A model generated the notes under the pieces. It was not told the DNA's origin and did not search any database. It worked only from the letters and a program-made list of their open reading frames with translations. The position numbers and the translations under genes are program-made. From IMG/VR virus record IMGVR_UViG_3300028800_002449: a stretch of DNA of 64,000 bases. One strand, 5' to 3'. Source of the DNA: a virus. The stretch's first letter is position 1, and each line of letters opens with the position of its first letter. This document shows positions 25,688 through 34,692 of this stretch, piece after piece.

Positions 25688-26086
25688 TCAGACGTTCAGC
25701 TCGGGCTGAAGCTCCCAGATGGAGACGGGACGCTTGTGGCTGCCGTTGGCCTTCCAGCCCACGCGGAACCACTGGCGATGCCGGAAGACGACGCCCATCC
25801 AGCGCGGGTCGGCCTCCGACAGCTGACTCTTGAGGGCGTCGTCGTGCTCAGCCGCTTCCCAGAGCTTCTTCCAGACGTCGGGCGACGAGACCTGCTTGTC
25901 GGCCTTGGCGATCTCGCGAGCGATGCCTTGGGCGCGGGCGACCAACTGCTTGTAGGCACCCGCGAGCTTCTCTATGGCGAGATCGAGCTGCTCGCCCTCC
26001 TCGCCGCTGGACCCTCCTCGCTTCTTCTTCACGGCATCGGCTCGCCGATGTGCTCGTTCTTGTGGAACTTCCTGTATTGTTTCCAC
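25688..26086 (-). CDS. Hypothetical protein, 132 aa
   Basis: ORF. Confidence 0.4.
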   Translation of the reverse strand: METIQEVPQERAHRRADAVKKKRGGSSGEEGEQLDLAIEKLAGAYKQLVARAQGIAREIAKADKQVSSPDVWKKLWEAAEHDDALKSQLSEADPRWMGVVFRHRQWFRVGWKANGSHKRPVSIWELQPELNV

Positions 26087-27030
26087 CCCCTAAAATTGCC
26101 GCTCTGGATCTGCGACAGGGCAGCTTCGACGGCCATCTGAGAGGGCGTGATCTTGCCCGAGTGCTCTTGATCGACGCGGTCCTGCATGCGACCGATGTTG
26201 AGCGCCCTCGACGTGTACTCGGCGAGCCCGGGGTACATGTCCTTGAACCATTGAGGATAGGCCATCGCCTGCGCGACGTGCTCTCCGGGAGAGGCGTGGA
26301 GAGGCTCCTGCACGATGAGCTTGTCGTGGAGCTTGATGTCCTCGACGAGGTCGCGCTTGCCGTCGTGGGTCAGGTAGCTCACGCGTGCGACGCGACCGAC
26401 GGAGACCTTCACGAGGTAGTTGGTGACGTTGACCATGTTGGGAAGCGGAGAATCCACGGTCTTCGCGATCTCCCAGTCCTCGTCGAAGATGAGAGGCAGG
26501 TGCCACTCTCCAGGCTTGAGCTTCTTCGGCGTGGATGCGTCCTGAGCCTCCTTCATCATCGTCACGATCTTGCGGCAATGGGGCTCGGCAGCCGAGTGTA
26601 TGCGCAAGCCGTAGAGGTTCGAGACGGTGGTGGACGAGTAGATGACGGTGATCCACATGCCAGGCTCGACGACGCGGTTAACGATCTGCTTGTGCAGGCC
26701 CAGCTCGACGCCCCTTCGGGCGTGAGCGATCGAAGCCGCGATGCCCTCGCGCCACCATGCCTCGGCGCCGGCCTTGTCCTCGACCTCGCCGAAGGCCTGC
26801 ATGCCCGGCTCGTTCGCGCCCCACCAGATCGGGACGACGGGGTCGGCCTCGATGTTCGAAAGCATCTTCGCGACGGGGATGGCCCTCGACGAAGCGCTCG
26901 AACGCGACAGAGCCTTGTGCGTGAGCATCTCGCTGTGGATCTTGCGTGGATACGTCGAGCACCACGTGGTGAGACGATCTCCGGTCTCGTCGTTGATCGA
27001 GTCGGCCAGGATGCGGGCTTCGAATGCCAT
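26029..27030 (-). CDS. ThyX-like (flavin-dependent thymidylate synthase family) protein, divergent
   Basis: THKALSRSSASSR matches the spacing of the ThyX RHRx7-8S motif, and LRIHSAAEPHCRKIVTMMKEA resembles the second ThyX block. At 333 aa it is longer than typical ThyX. Confidence 0.45.
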   Translation of the reverse strand: MAFEARILADSINDETGDRLTTWCSTYPRKIHSEMLTHKALSRSSASSRAIPVAKMLSNIEADPVVPIWWGANEPGMQAFGEVEDKAGAEAWWREGIAASIAHARRGVELGLHKQIVNRVVEPGMWITVIYSSTTVSNLYGLRIHSAAEPHCRKIVTMMKEAQDASTPKKLKPGEWHLPLIFDEDWEIAKTVDSPLPNMVNVTNYLVKVSVGRVARVSYLTHDGKRDLVEDIKLHDKLIVQEPLHASPGEHVAQAMAYPQWFKDMYPGLAEYTSRALNIGRMQDRVDQEHSGKITPSQMAVEAALSQIQSGNFRGWKQYRKFHKNEHIGEPMP

Positions 27031-27037
27031 GAGACTC

Positions 27038-27211
27038 CTATCGGTTTTTCAGAGGATTTTGGGGGTGAAGCGACATCCAGGTGACGCCCATGACACCCTT
27101 CACGAGCGCGATCGGGACGAGGCCACGCATCTCCATCTTCGGAACGGTGAAGGGCACGGGCCAGCCCGTGTTCGAGACGTCGACGAACGTCATGTAGACG
27201 ACTGGTTCCAT
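27038..27211 (-). CDS. Unlisted small ORF, 57 aa
   Basis: Manual translation gives MEPVVYMTFVDVSNTGWPVPFTVPKMEMRGLVPIALVKGVMGVTWMSLHPQNPLKNR; AGGAG SD ahead of the thyX-like ATG lies within it. Confidence 0.3.
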   Translation of the reverse strand: MEPVVYMTFVDVSNTGWPVPFTVPKMEMRGLVPIALVKGVMGVTWMSLHPQNPLKNR

Positions 27212-27218
27212 CGGACAT

Positions 27219-27509
27219 CTATGATCGGAAAGAGGAGAGAGCCTTCTTGGTCAGGTAGGACAGCAGCGCGAAGTCAGGCACGGCATGGCGGTTGTCTCTC
27301 TTCGGATCGAACTCGTGAGGGTCGCCGTTGTAGGCGTGGTACTCCTCCGTTAGCTTGTCGATCTCAGCCTTCGACATGTACTTGGACATGTCGAAGTCGT
27401 TGCATCCGTTGTTTCCGAGCTGATCGGCTGCCTTCTCGACGACGTCGAGGAGGATCTTCTGCTCACCAGGGCTCAGAGCCATAGCGCGCAGGATAGGCGC
27501 TCTCCTCAA
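27219..27509 (-). CDS. Hypothetical protein, 96 aa
   Basis: ORF. Confidence 0.4.
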   Translation of the reverse strand: MRRAPILRAMALSPGEQKILLDVVEKAADQLGNNGCNDFDMSKYMSKAEIDKLTEEYHAYNGDPHEFDPKRDNRHAVPDFALLSYLTKKALSSFRS

Positions 27510-27527
27510 TCTTGTTCAAGAGAAAAG

Positions 27528-27767
27528 TCAGTCGGTGACCGTGAAACTGTATCGCCACGTGTGGTACCCGCTACAGTCTTCGCACAGAGAGACTGGGATC
27601 GACCCTATCTGGTTCAACCAAGTCGCGAACATCGACGTCATCTTGATCGCGTCGAGCGCATCCTGCTTCGTCTCGTAGCGCTCCGGCCTGTCACAAGGCT
27701 TCGCCAATCGCGATCGAAGCCGTGCCGTCGCCAGCGGCGCAAGAAGCAGGATCGGGAGCCAGATCAT
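27528..27767 (-). CDS. Small secreted protein, about 79 aa
   Basis: Internal Met MIWLPILLLAPLATA signal-peptide-like. Confidence 0.35.
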   Translation of the reverse strand: MIWLPILLLAPLATARLRSRLAKPCDRPERYETKQDALDAIKMTSMFATWLNQIGSIPVSLCEDCSGYHTWRYSFTVTD

Positions 27768-29137
27768 CCGATGCCTTTTTCGCCCGGCCCGTGATGGTCG
27801 GGCTTGATCGCGATCAGGTTCGCGTAGACGTACGAGATGTCGTTCTCCTCGTACCACTTCGACGGGAACGTCGTGTAGAGGTGGACCTCCTGGAAGCACA
27901 CCGTCTTGTTGCGGATGTACCGCGCCTGCTCGCGCCGCGTGAAGTACCAGAACGCGTTCTGATTCCAGTAGCTCTGGTGGGTCGGATCCTGGAAGGCCCC
28001 GCGGCCGTCCGTCGAGGGCGTGCAGGACAGCAGCCACCCGCCGGGGCGGAGGCAGCGCCAGATCTCCGACATCGTGTGGGCCTTGTCCGGCAGATGCTCC
28101 AGGAAGTCGCTCGCCCGGAAGGCAGCCACGCTCCCGTCCTCCCACGGCCATCGCTCACGCAGGTCGGCGATGACGTCGACCTTCACGGCATTTTTGCCGT
28201 CTTCGCCGTCGTCGAGATCTTCTTGGACCATGTCGACCGTCTTCCACCCCTGCCGGCCCACGATGGCCGAACCGAGGTCGTAGACGGGCATGCCGAGAAG
28301 CTCGGCTTCCCGAAGCACGAGACGCTCCAAGTACGCGCTCTGGAGGCTCCGCGTCAGGTCGTCGATCTCCTTGATGCTCTTCGACCACGTGTTGTCGCCG
28401 CTCACGCGATACAGGTAGAGCGGCAGCTCGATGTGCTTGAACTTCGACGTCAGGTACGTCCGGATCACCAGCTCGTGATCGTCGCAGAGCTTGTACTGAG
28501 GATTGTGACCCCCCACGGCCATGTACACGCTCCGCCGCCAGGCCCTCAGGTGGTTCGGCGCCCAGAAGATGAGGCTCACGCTCATCGCGCTCGGCGAGAA
28601 CGACCGGACGCACTCGTAGACGCCGGGTCGCGGTCCTTCTACGGAGTAGTCGTAGAAGCGGAACCCGTTCTTGATCCAGCTCGGGCGGACGTCTGGATGA
28701 CGGTACGTGATCGTCCCCTGATCGAAAGGCTGGTCGGGACCGCTGGCGTCGTCGAAGTCGGCATAGTCGGAGTAGACGAAGCCGACATCAGGATCTGCTT
28801 CGAACGCTTTCGAGACCTCGGCCAGCGCCGTCGGTGTCAGCAGGTCATCATGATCAAGCTCCAGGACGACCTCTCCCGCAGCATCGGCGAAGGCCGTCTT
28901 CTTGCGCGAGCCCACGCCCTCGAAGACGCTGTAGTCGAGGACGACGCGCACGCGAGGATCTCCCGCCGTCATCTGCGCGACCTCGTTCGCACGCGTCTGC
29001 ACGCGCGTCCTGCCGCCCGTCTTGTCGTTGACGGTCACGATCCATTCGAAGTCGACATGGGTCTGAGCGAGGAGCGAAAGCCATGCCTCGCGGAGCCATT
29101 GCGTGTCGTGGGTCGGCGTGATGACGGAGATCTTCAT
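27764..29137 (-). CDS. Bifunctional GT2 glycosyltransferase / class I SAM methyltransferase
   Basis: N-terminus MKISVITPTHD...DFEWIVTVND...LELDHDD (GT-A DxD). C-terminus FLEHLPDKAHTMSEIWRCLRPGGWLL (methyltransferase post-I motifs). Confidence 0.7.
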   Translation of the reverse strand: MKISVITPTHDTQWLREAWLSLLAQTHVDFEWIVTVNDKTGGRTRVQTRANEVAQMTAGDPRVRVVLDYSVFEGVGSRKKTAFADAAGEVVLELDHDDLLTPTALAEVSKAFEADPDVGFVYSDYADFDDASGPDQPFDQGTITYRHPDVRPSWIKNGFRFYDYSVEGPRPGVYECVRSFSPSAMSVSLIFWAPNHLRAWRRSVYMAVGGHNPQYKLCDDHELVIRTYLTSKFKHIELPLYLYRVSGDNTWSKSIKEIDDLTRSLQSAYLERLVLREAELLGMPVYDLGSAIVGRQGWKTVDMVQEDLDDGEDGKNAVKVDVIADLRERWPWEDGSVAAFRASDFLEHLPDKAHTMSEIWRCLRPGGWLLSCTPSTDGRGAFQDPTHQSYWNQNAFWYFTRREQARYIRNKTVCFQEVHLYTTFPSKWYEENDISYVYANLIAIKPDHHGPGEKGIG

Positions 29138-30072
29138 GGAGCCTTGCCTTCCAAGAACGAGTCGATCTTCTTCGACCACTCATCATGCGATTCGACCTGC
29201 TTCAAGAACTCGCAGATCCGCGTCGAGAGCCAGAGCGTGTAGAGGTTGACCTTGTTGCTCTTGACGTCCTCGATGAAGCTCTTGACGAACAGCTGCAAGG
29301 CTTGCGGCCGGTCGTCGACGATCCTCCTGCGAGGGAGCTTGCAGTGGACGACTCCTCCGACCTCTTCATAGACGTACTCACCACCCTCCTCCGTCTTGAC
29401 GGTCAACTTCTTGGACTCCGCCTCTTCGGAACCGTTGCCGACGGACATCTCGAAAGAGGCCTCGCCGAAGGTGCCTTCGATGAAGCGATAGTCGCCACCG
29501 TCACGCTCGGTCTTCTGCACCGACGAGATGCTGTAGGCCTGATCGCCCAGCAGATCGAACAGGAACGCGACGGCGTGAGGACCGTAGTCCCAAAGCCCCG
29601 GGTAGGACCGATAGGGACCTCGGCCGTAGAATTCGATGGAGATGCGCTTGATCTTCGCCTTCTGCGACTCCTGCTTGATCTTGTGGTATTGGGGCGACCA
29701 GAGCCGGACGTAGTCGACGACCGTCGGCACGAGTGGAGGAAGGTCGCCAATCGACGACAGCTTGAGCGGCTTCGTCAGCATCGTGGGGATCGCCAGGGTC
29801 TTGCACGTCTCGTAGAAGGACAACGTTTCTTCAGGCGGCGCCGTGCAGACGATCGCGTCGACCATCTTCGCGTTCGCCTCGAACAGGAGGTCCTGCAACG
29901 AGACCAGGTAGCCCATCCCCGGCGCACGCTCCGTGCTCATCGGGCTGCGCACATGGAAGAGGACCTCGGCCTCGAACGCCCTGAAGACGCTCGCGACGAG
30001 CTGACCCCACCTGCCGGGCCCTACCCAGCCCAACCTGAACGGCCTCGCCTGCTTCGTCACGTTCATGGCCAC
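29134..30072 (-). CDS. Gfo/Idh/MocA-family NAD(P)-dependent oxidoreductase
   Basis: LGWVGPGRWGQ Rossmann motif at the N-terminus; about 310 aa. Confidence 0.6.
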   Translation of the reverse strand: MAMNVTKQARPFRLGWVGPGRWGQLVASVFRAFEAEVLFHVRSPMSTERAPGMGYLVSLQDLLFEANAKMVDAIVCTAPPEETLSFYETCKTLAIPTMLTKPLKLSSIGDLPPLVPTVVDYVRLWSPQYHKIKQESQKAKIKRISIEFYGRGPYRSYPGLWDYGPHAVAFLFDLLGDQAYSISSVQKTERDGGDYRFIEGTFGEASFEMSVGNGSEEAESKKLTVKTEEGGEYVYEEVGGVVHCKLPRRRIVDDRPQALQLFVKSFIEDVKSNKVNLYTLWLSTRICEFLKQVESHDEWSKKIDSFLEGKAP

Positions 30073-31325
30073 ATGCTCGAAATGGGGTGGACGAAGATCG
30101 GCACGGGAAGGGGCTGACCGTTCTTGTCGGTCACCTTGCCGTCACGCCACTTCGCGATGATGGAGTCCGCAAAGTTCCACGCATACATGATGCACACGTC
30201 GGGCGCCTTCTCGATGCCGGTCGGCGCGACGATCGGCACGTGCTGACCGGGAGTCAGCCTGCCGATCTTGAGGGGCGCGTCCTCGATCACGTAGTCGACC
30301 GGAGGCAGGTTCATGGCGTAGGTCAACGTCGTCAACTTGGCGGGCGCGCCGTAGCCGCAGACGACCTTGCCTTGGCCCCGATAGCTGAAGATCCTGTTCC
30401 GAAGGACGTTCCCCTCGGCGACGATGTTCCGCTTCAAGAGGCGCCATGGCAGGAGGCTGTCGTGGACGACGCTCTCGTCGATCAGGAGCGATGAGATCCG
30501 GCTGGTGAAATTCTTCCCGATCGGTTTCGATCGAGGAGAGGCGAAGACACGGATCGAGCCTCGACCGACCTGTTCGGACGACCACTGCGCGTCGACGACG
30601 CTCATGCCGAGGCTGTCGAGCACGAGCATCAACGGACCCAACGTGTGGTACGCGAAGTGCTCGTGATAGATCGTGTCGAAGGCCATGTGCTCGAACATGT
30701 CCATGAGATAGGACACTTCGAACACGAACATACCCTCGTCAGCGAGGAGCGCTTTCACGCCTTCAAGGATGTCGTAGATGTCCTCGGCGTGCGCGAGGAC
30801 GTTGTTCGCGACGACGAGGTTGGCCGGGCCGCGGGCCGCTGCGATCTCCTCTCCCATCTTCTTCGAGAAGAATCCGATCAACGTCTCGACGGCTGCATCC
30901 TTCGCGATGTTCTCTGCCGGATCGACGCCGAGAACCCGTCCGACGCCCAGCTCCTTGAAGGCCTTCAGCATCGTCCCGTCGTTCGAGCCGATCTCGACGA
31001 CGAAGCCTTGTCCGGGCTCCCCGAGGACGTCGAACCTCTCGACGACGTCTTTCGCGTACCTCGCGAAGTGCTGGACGGTCACGGGCGACGTGCCCGTCGC
31101 ATAGAGGTAGTGCTTGAAGAGACGCTTCTGGTCGACAACGACGCTCGTCTGGACGTGCTTGCAGTGCTCACATCTCAAGAGAGCCAAGGGGAAGACGTCT
31201 TGCTCGGGAACGAGATACCGATCTCCTGTCGGGTACTCGTTCGCGAGCGGGGTCATGCCGAGGTCGAGCACCTTCGTCAGGCCCTCGCGAGCGCAAAGGC
31301 CGCACTTCACCCTGACCTTGTGCGC
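30063..31325 (-). CDS. Sugar C-methyltransferase (TylC3/NovU-like: zinc-ribbon + class I MTase + C-terminal domain)
   Basis: CGLCAREG...CEHCKH zinc-ribbon, VVEIGSNDGT motif I, paralog of 34693..35952. Confidence 0.65.
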   Translation of the reverse strand, partial: AHKVRVKCGLCAREGLTKVLDLGMTPLANEYPTGDRYLVPEQDVFPLALLRCEHCKHVQTSVVVDQKRLFKHYLYATGTSPVTVQHFARYAKDVVERFDVLGEPGQGFVVEIGSNDGTMLKAFKELGVGRVLGVDPAENIAKDAAVETLIGFFSKKMGEEIAAARGPANLVVANNVLAHAEDIYDILEGVKALLADEGMFVFEVSYLMDMFEHMAFDTIYHEHFAYHTLGPLMLVLDSLGMSVVDAQWSSEQVGRGSIRVFASPRSKPIGKNFTSRISSLLIDESVVHDSLLPWRLLKRNIVAEGNVLRNRIFSYRGQGKVVCGYGAPAKLTTLTYAMNLPPVDYVIEDAPLKIGRLTPGQHVPIVAPTGIEKAPDVCIMYAWNFADSIIAKWRDGKVTDKNGQPLPVPIFVHPISSMWP

Positions 31326-31327
31326 TC

Positions 31328-31846
31328 CTACTCCCACGTCGTCCTCAGGACCGGCTCGCCGGACGCGTCGAACTCGACCGTCACGAGCTTCTTCCTCACG
31401 AGGTCGGCCTCGTGGTGCTCCTTGTCGCGCACGTTGTGGGAGATCACGAGGAGGACAGTGTCCTCGTTGAAGAAGGACGCGTGCTCGACCATCGGCGGCG
31501 TGAACATAAGCTCGCCCTTCTTGTACACGCGCATCTTCGGACCGTTCGGCTCGATCACCGGAGCCTCGTCGACGGGACGCCAAAAGTACGTCATCATCCC
31601 CTCGACGACGTACATGTAGTGCCAATCCGTCTTGTGGTAGTGGTTCGAGCGCAGGGCGTTCTTCTTCGAGTGGATGATCTCCACGCCCGACGGCCGAGAC
31701 ATCGGCGCATGATGGAACACGAGGTTCAAGATCGCGCCAGCGTCGTTCTTGAACACGTCGTCGACGGGCACGGTCGGATCTTCGGGGTAGTTGCCCATCT
31801 CGACGGCCATGTTGTACTCACGACCCGTCAGCGTCTTCGAAATCAT
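31328..31846 (-). CDS. Cupin-fold sugar 3,4-ketoisomerase/epimerase-like protein (FdtA/WxcM-like)
   Basis: HYHKTDWHYMYVVEG...FTPPMVEHA cupin core; internal Met MISKTLTG. Confidence 0.55.
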   Translation of the reverse strand: MISKTLTGREYNMAVEMGNYPEDPTVPVDDVFKNDAGAILNLVFHHAPMSRPSGVEIIHSKKNALRSNHYHKTDWHYMYVVEGMMTYFWRPVDEAPVIEPNGPKMRVYKKGELMFTPPMVEHASFFNEDTVLLVISHNVRDKEHHEADLVRKKLVTVEFDASGEPVLRTTWE

Positions 31847-32082
31847 CGCGTCCTCCAAGCCTCTTCCAGGTGTTCCTTGAACCTCGGCCATTTCTTCTTG
31901 AGAGCCATCTGCTTGCTTCCGGGCATCAGCCTCAACGCCTTCAAGGCCGCCTCGGCCGTCTTGTGCTGGCAGATCCAGAGCCCCGCGACCTCGGCGTCCG
32001 TCAGGGCGGAGAACTGCTGCTTGCCAGACGTCACCAGGCCGTCGACGGCCAGATAGGCAGCCCTCAGATCTTCCGCCTTCAC
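31843..32082 (-). CDS. Hypothetical protein, about 79 aa, GTG start
   Basis: GTG follows the stop of the upstream micro-ORF. Confidence 0.3.
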   Translation of the reverse strand: MKAEDLRAAYLAVDGLVTSGKQQFSALTDAEVAGLWICQHKTAEAALKALRLMPGSKQMALKKKWPRFKEHLEEAWRTR

Positions 32083-32222
32083 AGGGCCATCCAATGGGAC
32101 GGCGTAGGGTCCCAGAACGCCTCGCCGATGACGACTTCGTCCACGGGACACTGGAAGACTTCGCAGCGGCAGTGCTTCTGATAGTAGCCACAGCCTCGGC
32201 ACGGCGGGAAGAAGGCCGTCAT
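32079..32222 (-). CDS. Cys-rich micro-protein, about 47 aa
   Basis: MTAFFPPCRGCGYYQKHCRCEVFQC. Confidence 0.3.
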   Translation of the reverse strand: MTAFFPPCRGCGYYQKHCRCEVFQCPVDEVVIGEAFWDPTPSHWMAL

Positions 32223-32245
32223 CAACGTGACGAACGTCTTGAAGC

Positions 32246-34684
32246 TCACGTGGTCCTCTCGTTGATGAGGCTCTCCCAGAGGACGGCCATCTTCTGTCGA
32301 GTGAAGCCGGCAGAGAAACCTCTCGCGCCGCTGCGCACCGTGTTCGCGAACTCGTCGTTCTTCAGACCGGCGACGATCGCCTCCACCCACTTGCCCCGCT
32401 GCTCGTCAGGCTTGCCGGGGATCATGTAGGCCGCTCCCGAGTAGACCTCGGGCAGGGCATCGACGCCTGCCACGATCGGGACGCAGCCCGCGGCGCACGC
32501 GTCCATGATCGAGACCGAGAAGCCTTCCGTGAACCAGATCGGATCGCAGGTGTACGCCATCACGCGCGTCGCGAGAAGCTCCTTCGCCATCGTCTTCGAC
32601 GGCACGGGACCGATGAGGTAGACACCGTTCTCGCCGTCGCGTCCGTACTCGTCGAGCGACCTGCCGATGGCCGTCGCGCGCGCCTTGTGGATGCTGACGT
32701 CCGTGTGGTCGCTCGCCATGATGGAGTCGTACCAGGGCTGGAAGCGGTAGTAGATCCGCAGGTTGGCTTCAGGGACCTGCTTCTTGATGTCGCCGAACAT
32801 CTCCAGGATGTGATGCAGACCGCGATCTGGAGAGGAGCAGTAGGCGATGCTCCCGGGACGACGTTCGACGACGTTCGCGAAGAACTCGGCGTTGAACGAC
32901 AGCGGGACGACGACGAACTTCTCGTTGTCGATGTTCCACGATGTCGACAGGTAACGCGCGAGCGTGTGCGACGGGCAGGCGTAGACGTCGACGTATTCGT
33001 TGAAGTCAGGCTTGCAGAACGAGAAGTCGTTCAGCCACATCGCGCAGATCTTGAGCTTGTCCTTCGGCATCTCGCGGAGGACGTCCGGCTCGTTGATCGA
33101 GATGTACGCATCGTACGTCTCGTCGGGGCGGGCCAGATCGAAGCTGTAGACGTTCGCGCCCGCTAGCTTCGGGTGGTTCAAGAAGTTCCTGATGGACTCG
33201 CAGAAGGCGTCCACCTGGTGACCCCTTTCGGCCAGGCCCCAGACGATGTTGAAGAAGTTCGAACCCGTCCCCGTCAGCAGACCCTCGTCGTAGAGCGTGT
33301 CGATGTCGTAGACGCCGTGGATCGACGACGACAGCTTGCCCATGACGACGGCCACGCGCAGCTTGCGGCTGATCGACTTCACTTTTTCGACGCTCGTAGT
33401 CTGGTTCATTGTCGTCCTCGGGTGGACGAGGGTCTTCGTCGGCTTCGAATCGACTGGTTCTATGCTTTCAACTTCTTCGGGGATCTCCAAGAACCCGTCT
33501 TTCCGGCCGAAAACGTAGTCGTCGATCGTCGTGGGCATGTTCGCAAAGTCGTGCGTCCGACCGCGCTTTTTCAGGTTCTTCGTGAGGAGCATCTCCCATA
33601 GGTCGGCCACGAACGGTCGCTCGAAGAACTTCGAAAAGGTCTTGGCGCGCGACGTGACCGACTCGTGCCACTGGGGGAAAGTCATCGCACGCACGATCGC
33701 GTCGACCCAGGCCTCCCTGCTCTCGGAGGGCTTGCCGGGGATCACATGCACGACGCCCTTGTAGATGTCTCCGATCGCGTCTGCGTCGGAGATGATCGGC
33801 AGAGCGCCGGCAGCACACGCATCCATGATCGAAACCGAGAAGCCTTCGGTGAAGGACATCGGCTCGCACGTGTAGGGCAGGACAGCGCTCGTTCGAAGAA
33901 GCCGAGCCATCTCCTTGTTCGGGACGGCGTCCATGAGGAAGACGCCGTTCTCACCCTTGGTGCCGTAGCGCCTGAAGCACTCGTGGATGTAGCGGGCCCT
34001 CTGGCCCGTCTTCGACATGTCTTCCTTGAATGTCTCGTACCAGGGCTCGAAGCGGTAGCAGACACGCAGGACGGCGTCCGGGACCTTCTTCCTCACGTCC
34101 GGCCAGATCTCCAGCAGGCGATGCAGGCCCCTGTCGGGCGAGCTGCTCCAAACGGCGCTGTGAGGCTCACGAACCTCGCTCCCCAGGTCCTTGAAGAGGT
34201 CGGGCTCGATGGAGTTCGGGATCCAAGTGATCCGATTCGAGTGGATGCCAGCCAGATCTTGGAGATGGATCATCTGCACGGGCGAGAGCCCGACGGTGAC
34301 GTCCACCTGGTCGTACCAACCGTCTCGGCAGTTGCCGAAGTCGTTGTACTGGTGATGGAGGTACCTCATGCCCTTCGCGTCTTTCGACAGCCGACGGAAC
34401 TGATCGGGCTCGTTCAGGCTCACGTACGCGTCCGAGCCCGGCTCGATCTGACTTCCCTCGTCTATCTTGACGACGCGCGCGCCGCCCAAGACGTCACACT
34501 TCTCCATCGCGCTCGTGAAGTCGCCCTCAACGGTCACGTCATGGCCACGCTCGGCAAGACCGCGAACGACGTTGAAGAAGCTCGACTCCGAACCGGTGAT
34601 GGCTCGGGCACGGAAGAGCTTCTCCACGTCGATCTGACCGTGGAGGTAGGTCGAGAACTTGCCTATGATGAACGTGAGCTTCAT
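32246..34684 (-). CDS. Tandem double GT4 (glycosyl transferase group 1) glycosyltransferase, about 810 aa
   Basis: Two repeats, each containing FFN(V/I)VxGLAERGH...EGFSVSIMDACAAG. Confidence 0.7.
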   Translation of the reverse strand: MKLTFIIGKFSTYLHGQIDVEKLFRARAITGSESSFFNVVRGLAERGHDVTVEGDFTSAMEKCDVLGGARVVKIDEGSQIEPGSDAYVSLNEPDQFRRLSKDAKGMRYLHHQYNDFGNCRDGWYDQVDVTVGLSPVQMIHLQDLAGIHSNRITWIPNSIEPDLFKDLGSEVREPHSAVWSSSPDRGLHRLLEIWPDVRKKVPDAVLRVCYRFEPWYETFKEDMSKTGQRARYIHECFRRYGTKGENGVFLMDAVPNKEMARLLRTSAVLPYTCEPMSFTEGFSVSIMDACAAGALPIISDADAIGDIYKGVVHVIPGKPSESREAWVDAIVRAMTFPQWHESVTSRAKTFSKFFERPFVADLWEMLLTKNLKKRGRTHDFANMPTTIDDYVFGRKDGFLEIPEEVESIEPVDSKPTKTLVHPRTTMNQTTSVEKVKSISRKLRVAVVMGKLSSSIHGVYDIDTLYDEGLLTGTGSNFFNIVWGLAERGHQVDAFCESIRNFLNHPKLAGANVYSFDLARPDETYDAYISINEPDVLREMPKDKLKICAMWLNDFSFCKPDFNEYVDVYACPSHTLARYLSTSWNIDNEKFVVVPLSFNAEFFANVVERRPGSIAYCSSPDRGLHHILEMFGDIKKQVPEANLRIYYRFQPWYDSIMASDHTDVSIHKARATAIGRSLDEYGRDGENGVYLIGPVPSKTMAKELLATRVMAYTCDPIWFTEGFSVSIMDACAAGCVPIVAGVDALPEVYSGAAYMIPGKPDEQRGKWVEAIVAGLKNDEFANTVRSGARGFSAGFTRQKMAVLWESLINERTT

Positions 34685-34692
34685 GTCACGAA

